Part shown: positions 10,526-22,082 of the stretch, in pieces
Position numbering within the stretch: position 1 is the first letter of the stretch
How the letters are laid out: each line of letters opens with the position of its first letter
Source of the DNA: an uncultured cyanobacterium
GTDB taxonomy: Bacteria > Cyanobacteriota > Cyanobacteriia > Cyanobacteriales > Microcystaceae
Assembly (NCBI GenBank): GCA_963807635.1
Contig: CAWEDJ010000075.1
Coordinates: forward strand, 1 to 64,000
Length of the DNA: 64,000 bases
Direction of reading: 5' to 3'
Position numbers and translations under genes: made by a program
The notes under the pieces: model-generated
What the model saw: only the letters and a program-made list of their open reading frames with translations
Databases searched by the model: none
What the model was told of the DNA's origin: nothing

Positions 10526-13050
10526 GTGAAAATCCTTTGTGTAGAAGATGATCAAGGTCTAGCTGAATTGCTTCAGGTGATACTGGTGCAACAGCATTAT
10601 CAGTTTGAAGTGGCAACCGATGGCATGATGGCTTGGGATTTGGTAGAAACCTATCCCTATGACCTTATTTTGCTCGATCTCAGTCCTGCCTGGACTGGAT
10701 GGGATTCGCTTTTGTCAAAAACTTCGAGGCAATAATTCCACTGTTCCTAACCCCAACCGAGATACTCCCATTCTCCTGATGACGGCCCTGGACGAAGTGA
10801 CCAATAAGGTGATGGGATTGGATGCGGGGCCGATGATTATGTGGTGAAGCCCTTTATTGTTGAGGAACTATTGGCTCGGATTGGGCCTTGCTCAGACGGA
10901 ATAAGGTGATGCGATCGCCGATCTTGACCTATGATGACCTAGCCTTGAATCCCAATAGTTGTCAGGTCACCTACAAAACGAACCCCGTCCCCCTGACCTC
11001 AAAGGAATATCAACTGCTCGAACTTTTTTTACGCAATCCCGATCAAATTTTTAATCCATCGCGACTCCTAGACCGCCTGTGGACAGCAGAGGAATGTCCT
11101 GGGGAAGGGGCGATCCGCTCCCATATCAAATCCCTCCGCAAAAAGCTGAAGCAAATGGGGTCAAAGGATATTGTAGAAACAATTTATAAATTGGGTTATC
11201 GTCTCAAGCGTCGAGAGGATAGGGACGATTCTCAAAAGACGGCTACCGATTCGACCATTTCGACGGCTCCTGCGACGGTGGCCCCAGGATTAGGAGAGGT
11301 TTGGTTAGAGTGTCGCCAGTCCTATTTGGCGCGGTTGGCCATTATTAAGGGCGTTACTCGGTATTTAGAGGAAAATCGTCTCACCTCTTCCCAACAACAG
11401 GAAGCTGAAATCGAGGCTCACACCTTAACGGGTTCATTGGGGAGTTTTGGCTTAGAAGAGGCTTCGGCGATCGCCCGTCAAATTCAGCAAGTCTTGAAAC
11501 AAAAGAAAAAACTGGGACTAGCCGATTTAGAGAAATTAAAACAATTACTGCCCCTGTTGGAACATCATCTAGAATACAGCAAAACCAGTGATCTTCCGCC
11601 CCTACCCATCGTTTTTCCCTACACTTCCTTTGGGACAACTCCTCCTTTTTTACTGATTATTGATGATGATGCGATTTTTGCGAAAGCCTTGGCCGAGGAA
11701 GCCCGAACCTGGGGCTTTGAAGTGGAAATTGCTAACAATTTAGAGCAATCCCAGGCGATTCTTAATAGTCGTTTTCCCCAGGTTATCATTATGGATCTCA
11801 ATTTTTCTGATGATAATGAACAGGGCGTTGAGTTTTTAGCGGCCATTAATCGACAAAATCCGACCCTACCCATCGTCATCTTGACGGTCGAGGATAGCTT
11901 TGCCAAACGCTTAGAAGCGGCCCGTCTGGGGAGTCAATGCTTTTTGCCCAAACCGATTACGCCGCCCGAAGTTTTGGCCATTGTTTCCCAGGTGATGCAG
12001 ACTTCTAATCTTTCGACGGCTCGTTTATTAGTGGTGGATGATGATCCGGATTTATTGCGTCTTTTACATACGCTCCTAGAACCCTTTGGTTATCAGTTGA
12101 CCATGTTACAAAATCCCCAGGAGTTTTGGAAGACCTTAGAGCAGACGACCCCTGATTTGTTGATTTTAGATATTCGCTTGGGAGCCGTCCTGCCTTTATT
12201 GGAAGAAAACAAGGTGATTGTGGCGGATGCGCCCGCTTCATCCTCCAGCACAATTAAGGCGGAGAATTTACCAGAGAGTGTTTCCCAGGTGTTGACGGAG
12301 AAACCTTTGAGCGGGATTGATCTGTGTAAAGTGATCCGTAGTGATCCGCGTTGGAATCGACTGCCCATTATCTTTTTGTCGGGTCATACGGATATTGAAA
12401 CCATTCAGAGCAGTTTTGAAGCGGGAGCCGATGATTTTTTAGGTAAACCAATTGTGGTGACGGAGTTATTGAATCGCATTCGCATTCGCCTGGAGCAACG
12501 AAAACTCTGGAGTATGTCAGAAATTGATGAGTTGACGGGGGTGAGTCTTCGTCGTAAGGCGTTGCAGGATTTGACTCGTCTATTTCATTTGGCAAAACGA
12601 CAACAACAGCCGTTAAGTTTGGCGATCCTGGATCTGGATTTCTTTAAACGTATTAATGATGATTACGGCCATGAAACGGGCGATCGCGTCCTGCGGTATT
12701 TTGGGCAATTGTTGGGTCAAACCTTCCGACAAGAGGATGTGGTGGGTCGTTGGGGCGGAGAAGAGTTTGTCGTAGGATTGTATGGTACCAATAAACAACA
12801 GGGAGTTCAGCGTCTGGAAAATATCGCCTATTATTTTAGTCAGAACCATTTTGTCGGTGGAGATGGGAGCATTTTTCAAATGACGTTTAGTGGTGGGATT
12901 GCCCAATTTCCTGAAGATGGAGACGATTTACAGACCCTTTACCGAGCGGCTGATGCGGCCCTTTACCGAGCCAAGTTTGAAGGACGAAACCAAATTTTTC
13001 CCGTAATTGAGGAGGATCTCAAAAGAGAGAACAGCAATGGACGAGCTTAA
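10526..13050 (+). CDS. Multidomain response regulator REC-wHTH-Hpt-REC-REC-GGDEF (RcaC-like diguanylate cyclase); three 1-nt slips in the first REC
   Basis: KILCVEDD, LTSKEYQLLELF...ETIYKLGYRL (OmpR wHTH), AHTLTGSLGSFG (Hpt), two more REC domains, DLDFFKRINDDYGH...RWGGEEF. Confidence 0.85.
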
Positions 13051-16000
13051 GCTTCCAGCAGAAAATTCTCCAGCCCTGGATGATTGGTCTAAAAGCCAGG
13101 AAGAGCTGATCGCGGAGTTGACGGAATTACGCCATGAAGTCCACTCTCTGAAACGGTCTTCGCCCTTATCACCCAAAATCTTTCCACCTTCGGACAGGAC
13201 TATTGCCGAAATCGGTTTGGCTGAATTTCCCCCATCCTATACCGTTCTTTTGATAGAAGATGATGAGTCTGCTCGGACGAGCTTTCGTCATTACTTGACC
13301 CATAATTCTGATCAAAATTGCCATGTTGTTGAATTTAGCAATGCAGAGGAGGCTCTGGTTTGGTGCAGAGAGCATACGCCCGACATCGCCTTGATCGACT
13401 ATCGTTTACCTGGGATGAATGGTATAAAGTTCGTGACGGTACTAAGTCAACAGGGCTATAAGGAAGAAATTCCCTGCATTATGATGACAAGTTATCAAAA
13501 CGAAGCCTTATTGGTTGAAGCAATAAAAAGTGGCGTTAAGGATTTTTTCGATAAGACACGAATCACCCCCGAAGGTCTCCATCGCGCGATCGCCAATGTC
13601 CTACAGAAAAAAGTTTTGATGCGGCAACAGGCATTGCAACAGGAACAGCAATATCTCATTAAAGCGATCGCCGTCCATTCTGCGGACAAATTCTCTGAAT
13701 TGACGGAAATTTTTCAATATACAGTCGATGAACTCAGAAGATTACTCCAGTGCGATCGCGTCGTCCTCTATCAATTTCAGCCCGATGGTAGTGGGAAAAT
13801 TACCACAGAATCCGTCATAGATCGGACTTTTTCGCTCCTTGGAAAAGAGATTAAAGATAATTGTTTTACAGAAAATTATGACTGGAAAGATTTTTTTCGT
13901 CAGGGAAAAATCAGTAGCACCGAAGATATTTTTGTGACCTCCCATTCGTCAAGCTGTTATCAAGAATTTCTCGAACAGATCCAAGTCCGAGCTAAATTGA
14001 GTGTTCCAATTTTACAAGATGGTCAACTATGGGGGCTGGTGATTGCTCATCAGTGTCAAAATGCTAGATCTTGGTCGAAAGCTGAAACAGAATTATTACA
14101 CCAAATCGCGATTCAACTCGGTCTTGCCATTCAAACCGTCGTATTAAATCAACAAGCAGAAAAGGAACGGGAAGAGGGTCAAAAAATCAAAAATATTATC
14201 AGTGAAATTGCCACTATTTTAATGAATGAAATTGGAGAAAATTTTCTACAAACATTAGCCAAATATTTGGGTCGCATCCTAGAAGTTGACTATGTTTGTT
14301 TAGCTGAAATAAAAAGTCTTGAAAAAGCGAGAACCTTAGTCGTCAGTTATCAGCAACAAATTATTGATAATTTTGAGATTGACATTACTCATCAGCCCTG
14401 TTCTCAAATACTTAAGGCAGAGTATAACGAGGTTATATTTTGTCCAAATAACGCTCAACAATTATTTCCTGAGCACGAACTAATTCAATCGGATAATATT
14501 CAAGCTTTTTTTAGGCATTCCTTTATTCAATGCGTCCCAACAAGCGATCGGATTATTAACCGTTCTTCATCGTTATCCCATTGAAAATTCTCAATATGCG
14601 GAAGAAATCCTCAAAATTGTCGCTAGTCGTGCAGGAGCCGAATTAGAACGTCAACAAATCGAAGCAAAATTACGGGAAAGTGAAGCCGATCTCCTCGAAG
14701 CCCAAGAGATTGCCCATGTTGGCCATTGGAAATGGAATAAATTCACCAATGAAGTCTGGTGGTCGCCAGAAATTCGTCGTATTTTCGGAGTTTCTCCTAC
14801 TCAAAAAATCACCTTTTCTTGTTTTGTCAACCAGATCCATCCAGGGGATAGAGACAGAGTGTTACAAGAAATAGAAGCAACTCTTCAGGGGGAAAAGTAC
14901 AGTAACATACACCGAATTTGCCGACCTGATGGAACGATTCGTTTTACTCAGGTAAATGGACAAGTTATTTTTGATGATCAAGGCAATCTGGCAGGAATGA
15001 AAGGAGCGACCGTAGATATTACCGATCTCCAGAAGACTCAAATTGAACTCGAAGCCTTAAATATCAGGCTAGAAGAACGGGTAAAAGAAAGGACAGCAGA
15101 ATTAACAAGTGTTTATCTACGACTACAAAATGAGCTAGAGGAACGCCAACAAATAGAGCTAGAAAAACAAAATAGCGAAGAATTTTATTCTGAATACTTA
15201 GAAAGGGAACTGGTTGAACGCAAACGCATAGAACAGGCCCTAAGTGATAGTGAAATTCGCTATCGGCGCATTGTGGAGACTTCTTCCGAAGGAATTTGGC
15301 AACTCGATCAGGACAATAAAACCGTTTTTGTGAATCCCAGAATGGCAGAAATGTTGGGTTATTCTGTGGACGAAATGCTTGGCAAATCTTTCTTAGATTT
15401 TCTGATGGAAACCGATAAAAAAGCTGTAGATTACCTGCTTCGGGAATTGCAAGATCTGATGATCCAGCCCTATGATGTACAATTTCGTCGTAAAGACGGA
15501 TCAATTCTCTGGGGAATGGTGTCATCACGATCCATTTTTGATGAGTCTGGTGAATATCTCGGTCGCCTAAAAATGGTTACGGATATCAGCGATCGCAAAC
15601 AAGCCGAAGAAATTCTGAAATTTCAGTCTCAAATTCTCAATGAAATTCATGATGCGGTCGTTACAACCGATGCCCAGGGAATTATTCAAAGTTGGAATCA
15701 TGGAGCAGAAGAATTGTATGAATACACTGCAGAAGAAATGATCGGTCAAAGTGTCAGTATTTTGTATGTTGCTGAAGATCTTCAAAAAATGCAATCTTTG
15801 GTTTTTGAGCCTCTCGTTAAACAAGAGCGTTATCAACTGGAATTAAAGAATCAAGCTAAATCTGGTAAAGAAATTTATATTCGTCTGCGATTATCTGCCC
15901 TACGAGATCAAGACGGCAATATTCTGAGTATTATTGGTTGCTCGAATAATATTAGCGATCGCAAACAATACGAACAAGATCTATTAGAATCTAAGCAATT

Positions 16001-17477
16001 TTTAGAAACGGTTTTAGACAGCTTTCCCCTTTTAGTCTCTTGGAAAGACCTCAATTTAAACTATTTAGGATGCAATCAAAATTTTGCAAAAGCGTATGGT
16101 TTATTTTCCGTCTCCGCTATTCGAGGCAAGAAAGAAGAAAATATGCCCTGGATTCAGTTAGAAATAGATAAAAGTCAACATCAAGATCGTCAAGTCATTC
16201 AATCGGGAAAAGCTGAGTTAGGCATTATTAAAAAACGTTTTCAGCGCGACGGCTCTATTCTTTGGCTAGAAACCAATAAAGTACCTCTGCGGGGATTTGA
16301 TGGTCGGGTGATTGGTGTGTTAGAAACCTCTCAAAATATTACTAGCCGCAAACAAAATGAAGCCATTGTCAAAGAATTTAATCGTCGCTGGCGGTCAGTG
16401 TTAGATAATATCCAAATGATTGTGGTGGAACTGGATAAGGACGGAAATGTGGAATATATTAATCCCTTTTTCGAGAAAGTTGCTGAATTTTCTCCAGACG
16501 AAGTGGTTGGCAAACATTGGTTTAGTCATTTTGTCCCCTCTAATTTAGTCTCAGCTTTAGAAACCGTTTTTCAAGGAATTCTAAATGATAATACCTATGA
16601 ATATTATGTCAATTCTGTTGTGACTAAATCGGGCAAAGAGTTGATCATTGCTTGGCGAAATTGTGTTCTCAGAAATAATATGGGACAATCTATCGGCGTT
16701 ATTTCCATTGGGGAAGATATTACGGAACAATCTCGCTTAGAGCGGATGAAGTCGGAGTTTGTTTCAATTGTTAGTCATGAATTAAAAACGCCTCTCACCA
16801 CCATGCAAGCGTCTTTAAGTTTACTGGATGGAAAATTTATTGATCCTGCCTCTGAGCAAGGAGAGGAAATAATTGCTATTGCCAGCGAAGGCGTTGATCG
16901 TCTGGTGCGTCTGGTGGATGACATTTTGGATCTAGAACGTCTGCGATTAGGAAAATTGAGTATCGAAAAAATCTATTGCCAGACCCAGGATATTATTGAA
17001 AACGCGATCGCCCAAACCCAGGAATTAGCCAAACGAGCAGACACAAAAATCGAAATCCCCAATCAATCATTTTCTTGTTATGCCGATCCCGATCGCCTCA
17101 TTCAAGTCCTGACAAATCTTATCAGTAATGCGATTAAATTTTCTCCCTACCAATCTACCATCGAGTTATCCATTGAGAATAAAAATCCCGAACCGAGCCA
17201 GGAAATTGATGCAAAACCTTACTTATTATTTAGTGTCCGCGATCGAGGACGGGGGATTCCTCCCCAAAATTTGCAAAATATTTTTGAACGCTTCCAACAG
17301 GTCGATGCTTCCGACTCCCGCGACAAGGGCGGAACAGGACTCGGTTTCGCCATTTGTCACGATATTATCGAACAACATGGCGGCAAAATCTGGGCAGAAA
17401 GCGTTCTAGAAGAAGGTAGCACTTTCTTTTTTACAATCCCTATTGAATCAACGGAGGTTAAAAATGGTGACAGCTAA
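13037..17477 (+). CDS. Sensor histidine kinase REC-GAF(DXCF cyanobacteriochrome)-GAF-multiple PAS-HisKA-HATPase; one slip in a T-run near 14510
   Basis: CDRVVLYQF...DNCF...SCYQEFL...VRAKLSVPIL...LWGLVIAHQC; PAS/PAC repeats; SHELKTPLT, NLISNAIKF, GGTGLG. Confidence 0.87.
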
Positions 17478-17844
17478 GCGCGTTTTAATTGTGGATGACG
17501 ACATTGGTATTCGTCGAATTGTTCAGCTTACTCTCAATGCCATTGCCGATTGGGAGGTTTTATTAGCGTCTTCTGGCTCTGAAGGTGTGGCGATCGCGGA
17601 AACCGAATTACCCGATGCGATTTTGCTAGATGTGATGATGCCTGGCATGGACGGCATAGAAACCTTCATCAAAATGCAAGCCAACCCTAACACCAAACCC
17701 ATTCCCATTATTCTGCTCACCGCCAAAAGCAAGGTGAGTGAACAACAACATTTTAATAATATTGCGATCGCGGGCGTAATTACCAAACCCTTTAAAGCTC
17801 CCCAATTAGTCGATCAGATCTGCTCTATTCTCAACTGGAACTGA
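17464..17844 (+). CDS. Single-domain response regulator (RcaF/CheY-like)
   Basis: VLIVDDD, LLDVMMPGMDG, LTAK, KPF. Confidence 0.92.
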   Translation: MVTAKRVLIVDDDIGIRRIVQLTLNAIADWEVLLASSGSEGVAIAETELPDAILLDVMMPGMDGIETFIKMQANPNTKPIPIILLTAKSKVSEQQHFNNIAIAGVITKPFKAPQLVDQICSILNWN

Positions 17845-18047
17845 TTAAACCCCTTAATAAAATCACCCTTTAAAATTTGCTGTTAATTAATGAAATAAAA
17901 ATGAGAGAAATATGATTAAAAGCTTTAAAAAAATACAATTTTTTTGCTGATAAAAAATACAAATCATGCTAATCTAAAGATCAAATTTTAAGGGGAACAC
18001 CAATTGGACCCCTAAAAAAGCCAGTTTTGATCAAAAAATAAAAGAAA

Positions 18048-18695
18048 ATGTTAACGGCTTTTACGGCGGCACTCATCTTAATTACGGTTTCTGAATTAGG
18101 CGATAAAACGTTTTTTATTGCAGTTATTTTATCCATGCGTTATCCGCGACGCTGGGTTTTTATTGGAGTTGTCGCGGCTCTCGCGGCCATGACCATCCTC
18201 TCGGTTTTAATGGGTCAGGTCTTTTCTTTTTTACCCAAAATTTACCTTTTTTATGGAGAAATTGGACTCTTTTTAATCTTTGGAACCAAATTATTCATTG
18301 ATGCCTCAAAAATGCCCGCCCATTCTGAAGAAGCGGTAATGGATGAAGCTAAGGAAGCCATTGAAAATAGTGAAAAAAATCTCAAGCGTCATCCCCAGCA
18401 GTGGGGCATTATCCTCGAAAGTTTTATTTTGACCTTTATTGCCGAATGGGGCGATCGCACCCAAATTGCCACCATTGCCCTGGCCGCTTCTAACTCCGTC
18501 CTAGCCGTCACCGCAGGAGCCATTCTGGGACACACCATTTGCGCCCTCATTGCTGTCATCGGGGGAAAATTAATCGCTGGACGCATCTCTGAACGAACCA
18601 TTACCGTGATTGGTGGTGTCCTGTTCTATATTTTCGCGATCGCGAGCTTTATCGAAGGCCCCTTAATTTTCAACCAAAGAGCCATGAATCGCTAA
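18048..18695 (+). CDS. TMEM165/GDT1 (UPF0016) family Mn/Ca transporter
   Basis: Two signature motifs ELGDKT and EWGDRTQ; hydrophobic. Confidence 0.92.
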   Translation: MLTAFTAALILITVSELGDKTFFIAVILSMRYPRRWVFIGVVAALAAMTILSVLMGQVFSFLPKIYLFYGEIGLFLIFGTKLFIDASKMPAHSEEAVMDEAKEAIENSEKNLKRHPQQWGIILESFILTFIAEWGDRTQIATIALAASNSVLAVTAGAILGHTICALIAVIGGKLIAGRISERTITVIGGVLFYIFAIASFIEGPLIFNQRAMNR

Positions 18696-18989
18696 CCAAA
18701 TACAGGGAGGATCAGCAGACGTTTCCTCTACCCGATGTTTTTCGTGGGCAGCAATCAGCAAATAATCCCCCGCCTTTAATAAAACTTCCCTGCCGTCCTC
18801 ATAGGAAAGGATCGCTTGACCCTGCAATAAAATCACCCACTCATCCTGTTCCTGGTCATACCAGTGGTCGGGAGGAGTGGCTTGCCCTGGGGAAATAATC
18901 CGTTCAATGCGTAACTGCTCAGTTTGAACCAGTATTTCAAAGACTTCTGTAGGAGGCAAGGGAAAAGGTAACTGAAAAATATTATCCAT
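18663..18989 (-). CDS. Cupin-domain protein
   Basis: IERIISPGQATP, WYDQEQDEWV, LKAGDYLLIAAHEKHRV. Confidence 0.85.
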   Translation of the reverse strand: MDNIFQLPFPLPPTEVFEILVQTEQLRIERIISPGQATPPDHWYDQEQDEWVILLQGQAILSYEDGREVLLKAGDYLLIAAHEKHRVEETSADPPCIWLAIHGSLVEN

Positions 18990-19296
18990 AGACCGATCGT
19001 TTGTTTGAGGCTAAATCTTCCCAAATTCCAACCCAGTTCTGACCGCAAAAAGCTTTAAGCATCAGGGATTTTAGTTTTTTATCTCCAATCTCGTTGGAGG
19101 ACAGGATTACAAATCCATCGGGGTAAATCCAAGTATATATACTGAATCCCCCAAAAACTCAGCCAGAAAAATCCGAGAATATAACATCGCTTGACAACTT
19201 TAGTTGAATCTACTATGAATGTAAAGGAATTTTAAAGAGATTTTAAAAGCTTTTTAAAGTAGCCTTCCAAAAGTCAACCCAACCAAAGTGAGCAAC

Positions 19297-19476
19297 ATGA
19301 ACGCATTAAGCTTAAATACCGAAAAATTCATTCTTGCCTCTTTATTGGGAATGACCACCTTGATCATGTGTTCGGCTATGATGCCCCAAGCCTGTGCGGT
19401 CAAATCGCCCCTTTGGAATGAGCAAATCCAATCCTCCGCCAGTTTCATTTCTAACGTTTCTCGCGCTTGCCGCTAA
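19297..19476 (+). CDS. Possible small secreted or membrane peptide
   Basis: 59-codon ORF with a hydrophobic stretch ending in A-C-A, in an otherwise empty intergenic gap; TTGACA at 19191. Confidence 0.35.
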   Translation: MNALSLNTEKFILASLLGMTTLIMCSAMMPQACAVKSPLWNEQIQSSASFISNVSRACR

Positions 19477-19873
19477 GGGTTGTGTGTTGCAGATTCAAGT
19501 GTTTAGAATTTTCACGGCAGATAAGTATTTTACTTTAACGAATTTTTTGAGCTAGTGCTTTGTAAAGATTGAGTCTCTCTTCAGCTTTCATTAAAACAGG
19601 AATCTCTACAACCTTTCCTGAATTCCTCTCTTTTTAAGTATTTTAGCGTTCGATTCCCTTTTTTTCGGGTTTAATAAATCTTTTGCGATGCCTAATAGCT
19701 TTTTTACTTTGAATGACTCTGTTGGTTGTTCGTTTTCTCCTGTCTGACCCAGGCGGAACAGAAACTTAACTGAAAAAAGAAAGCGATCGCCTAGACAGAT
19801 TAAAATGTAAAAGTTTCGCAAAATTAATTAAAATTTCTTAATGTTGTGATTGTTAAATTTTTAGGGAACGCCC

Positions 19874-20167
19874 ATGACCATTACGTTTATCAAAGAAAAC
19901 AAAGAAGTGATCGTCGCCCAGGGAGCCAACCTACGGCAAAAAGCATTAGAAAACAAAATTGACATTTATACTCTCAAGGGAAAACTAACCAATTGTGGGG
20001 GTTATGGTCAATGTGGAACCTGCGTGGTGGAAATTATTGAAGGAATGGAAAATCTTTCGCCAAAGACTGATTTTGAGCTAAAAGTTCTGAAAAAAAAGCC
20101 AGAATCCTTTCGGTTAGCCTGCCAAACCCTAGTCAATGGCTCGGTTAGCGTCAAAACTAAGCCTTGA
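19874..20167 (+). CDS. 2Fe-2S ferredoxin-like protein
   Basis: [11 protein letters not shown] ... RLACQ. Confidence 0.92.
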   Translation: MTITFIKENKEVIVAQGANLRQKALENKIDIYTLKGKLTNCGGYGQCGTCVVEIIEGMENLSPKTDFELKVLKKKPESFRLACQTLVNGSVSVKTKP

Positions 20168-20198
20168 TCGGGATTAATCTCCCCCTATCAAAAACAAC

Positions 20199-20300
20199 TA
20201 AGCTGTCACAAATTTAGATTGCATCATGATTTTGTTGAAAGTCTTGTAACAAGGGGCTTAAGCCCCTTGCCTGTATGTGTTTTAGATGATTAACAGCTTA
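20199..20300. mobile_element. MITE-like element
   Basis: Terminal inverted repeat TAAGCTGT/ACAGCTTA; internal hairpin CAAGGGGC-TTAA-GCCCCTTG. Confidence 0.6.
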
Positions 20301-20337
20301 TGTAAATTTTAGAATTTTTCCAGTAGATGTTAAAGGG

Positions 20338-20504
20338 GCCACTGTGTACTCACGTCTTCCCCTAAACCTTATTTCGCCCCCCCAGCCCCCCAAGTTTGGG
20401 GGAGTCCAGAGCCTTTCTGAGTTCAAAGTCCCCCAGAATTGGGGGATTTAGGGGGCTAGACAAGGTTAAACAGAAAACCAAAAGACTTGCGTGTAAACAG
20501 TAGC
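20338..20504. mobile_element. MITE-like element carrying a G/C double-hairpin dispersed repeat
   Basis: Imperfect inverted ends GCCACTGTGTACTCACGTCTT and AAGACTTGCGTGTAAACAGTAGC; core TCAAAGTCCCCCAGAATTGGGGGATTTAGGGGGC. Confidence 0.65.
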
Positions 20505-20527
20505 TAAAAAGGGGGAAAATACTCAAA

Positions 20528-21010
20528 TTAAACGTCTGAATTCTCTGGCCAGCTTTGATAGGGATAATTCACTAAATTGGAATTGTAATATCTCGGATCA
20601 CCTGTCACCTCTTGCCCAATCCAAGCGGGGAGGGCGATCGCTTGATGTTCGGTCTTTAATTCAACTTCGGCCAGAATTAAGCCCCGATTTTCGCCGCTAA
20701 ATTCATCCACTTCCCAGATTAAATCCCCCTGGGGAATACGATACCTAATTTTTTCAATGAACGGTGGACGACAAAGGGTTGCTAACATCATTTCTGCGTC
20801 GCCCAGGGGAATGGGATATTCAAATTCCGCCCTAACCATGCCCTGATTTTTTCCTTTAAGGGTGAGATAACCGCGATCGCTGACAATGCGAACCCTAACC
20901 GCCGTTTGGTCTTGGGTCGGAATATAACCCTGTTTATAGTATTGTCCCGTCCCCAGCGATCGCCAATGATCATCTTGTACTAAAAATTTTCGTTCAATTT
21001 CGGTTGCCAT
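20528..21010 (-). CDS. CYTH-domain protein
   Basis: EIERKFLV, LTLKG, EFEYPIP, WEVDEF, AEVEL. Confidence 0.92.
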   Translation of the reverse strand: MATEIERKFLVQDDHWRSLGTGQYYKQGYIPTQDQTAVRVRIVSDRGYLTLKGKNQGMVRAEFEYPIPLGDAEMMLATLCRPPFIEKIRYRIPQGDLIWEVDEFSGENRGLILAEVELKTEHQAIALPAWIGQEVTGDPRYYNSNLVNYPYQSWPENSDV

Positions 21011-21202
21011 AATTTAAAGATTCAATTTTCAAAAAAAGTTGAAAACAGCAGGACTCGGATCAACCAGTTTACTCCGTCCCCCCTTCCCCCGTGTCTCCTT
21101 TTTTGGTAATTTACTAAATAAAGTCATTAATATATTCCTGATATAGTCAGTAACCTTTTTCAATCATTGGCTAGAGTCAGATCCCTATAGGAGAACCCCA
21201 AA

Positions 21203-21391
21203 ATGTCCATTGTCTTTCAAATTGCTTTAGCCGCCCTGGTGCTTTTTTCGTTTTTGATGGTGATTGGTGTCCCCGTCGCCTATGCCTCTCCCCAAAATTG
21301 GACTCAATCCAAACCGTTACTCTATCTTGGTTCGGGTATTTGGGCGATTTTAGTGATTTTAGTAGCAGTCTTAAATTTCTTTGTGATCTAG
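21203..21391 (+). CDS. psbZ: Photosystem II protein PsbZ
   Basis: 62 aa, two TM helices, [14 protein letters not shown]; directly upstream of ribH. Confidence 0.95.
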   Translation: MSIVFQIALAALVLFSFLMVIGVPVAYASPQNWTQSKPLLYLGSGIWAILVILVAVLNFFVI

Positions 21392-21417
21392 AGATGGTTT
21401 GCGCGATTGAGATTTTT

Positions 21418-21501
21418 GCCCCCTAAATCCCCCAATACTGGGGGACTTTGAAAACCACAAATAGAGAACGGTTCCCCCCAAAGTTGGGGGGCTAGGGGGG
21501 C
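21418..21501. repeat. Double-hairpin dispersed repeat, inverted copy of the 20377-20456 core
   Basis: GCCCCCTAAATCCCCCAATACTGGGGGACTTTGA is nearly the exact reverse complement of 20423-20456; the second hairpin also matches. Confidence 0.85.
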
Positions 21502-21587
21502 TAAACTAAGATTATGACCGTGAGGAGTATAGATTTCTCCTTGCCAATCTTTATTTTTTTGATTTTTTAACCTTTTTTGGCAATTAC

Positions 21588-22082
21588 ATGACAGTTTTTG
21601 AGGGAACGTTTACCCAGGATCCGATCGCCTTTAAGTTTGCGATCGTGATTGCGCGATTTAATGATCTGGTGACGGATAAACTAGTTTCGTCTTGTCAGGA
21701 CTGTCTCAAACGGCATGGTGTGGATGCCGATCCCCAGGGGACACAGGTAGATTATGTTTGGGTTCCAGGTAGTTTTGAGGTTCCCCTAGTCGCTCGACAA
21801 TTGGCCTTAACAGAAAAATATGATGCCATTATTTGCCTCGGTGCGGTGATTCGGGGTCAAACTCCCCATTTTGATTATGTCGCCTCCGAAGCCGCCAAGG
21901 GAATTGCCGCGATCGGGTTTCAGACGGGGGTTCCTGTGATTTTTGGGATTTTAACCACTGATACCATGCAACAGGCCTTGGAGCGGGCAGGAATTAAGAG
22001 TAATCACGGTTGGCACTATGCCCTGAATGCCTTGGAAATGGCCAGTTTAATGCGGCAATTGCGCCCCCAAAACCCTCGTTAA
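21588..22082 (+). CDS. ribH: 6,7-dimethyl-8-ribityllumazine synthase
   Basis: [34 protein letters not shown]. Confidence 0.96.
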   Translation: MTVFEGTFTQDPIAFKFAIVIARFNDLVTDKLVSSCQDCLKRHGVDADPQGTQVDYVWVPGSFEVPLVARQLALTEKYDAIICLGAVIRGQTPHFDYVASEAAKGIAAIGFQTGVPVIFGILTTDTMQQALERAGIKSNHGWHYALNALEMASLMRQLRPQNPR

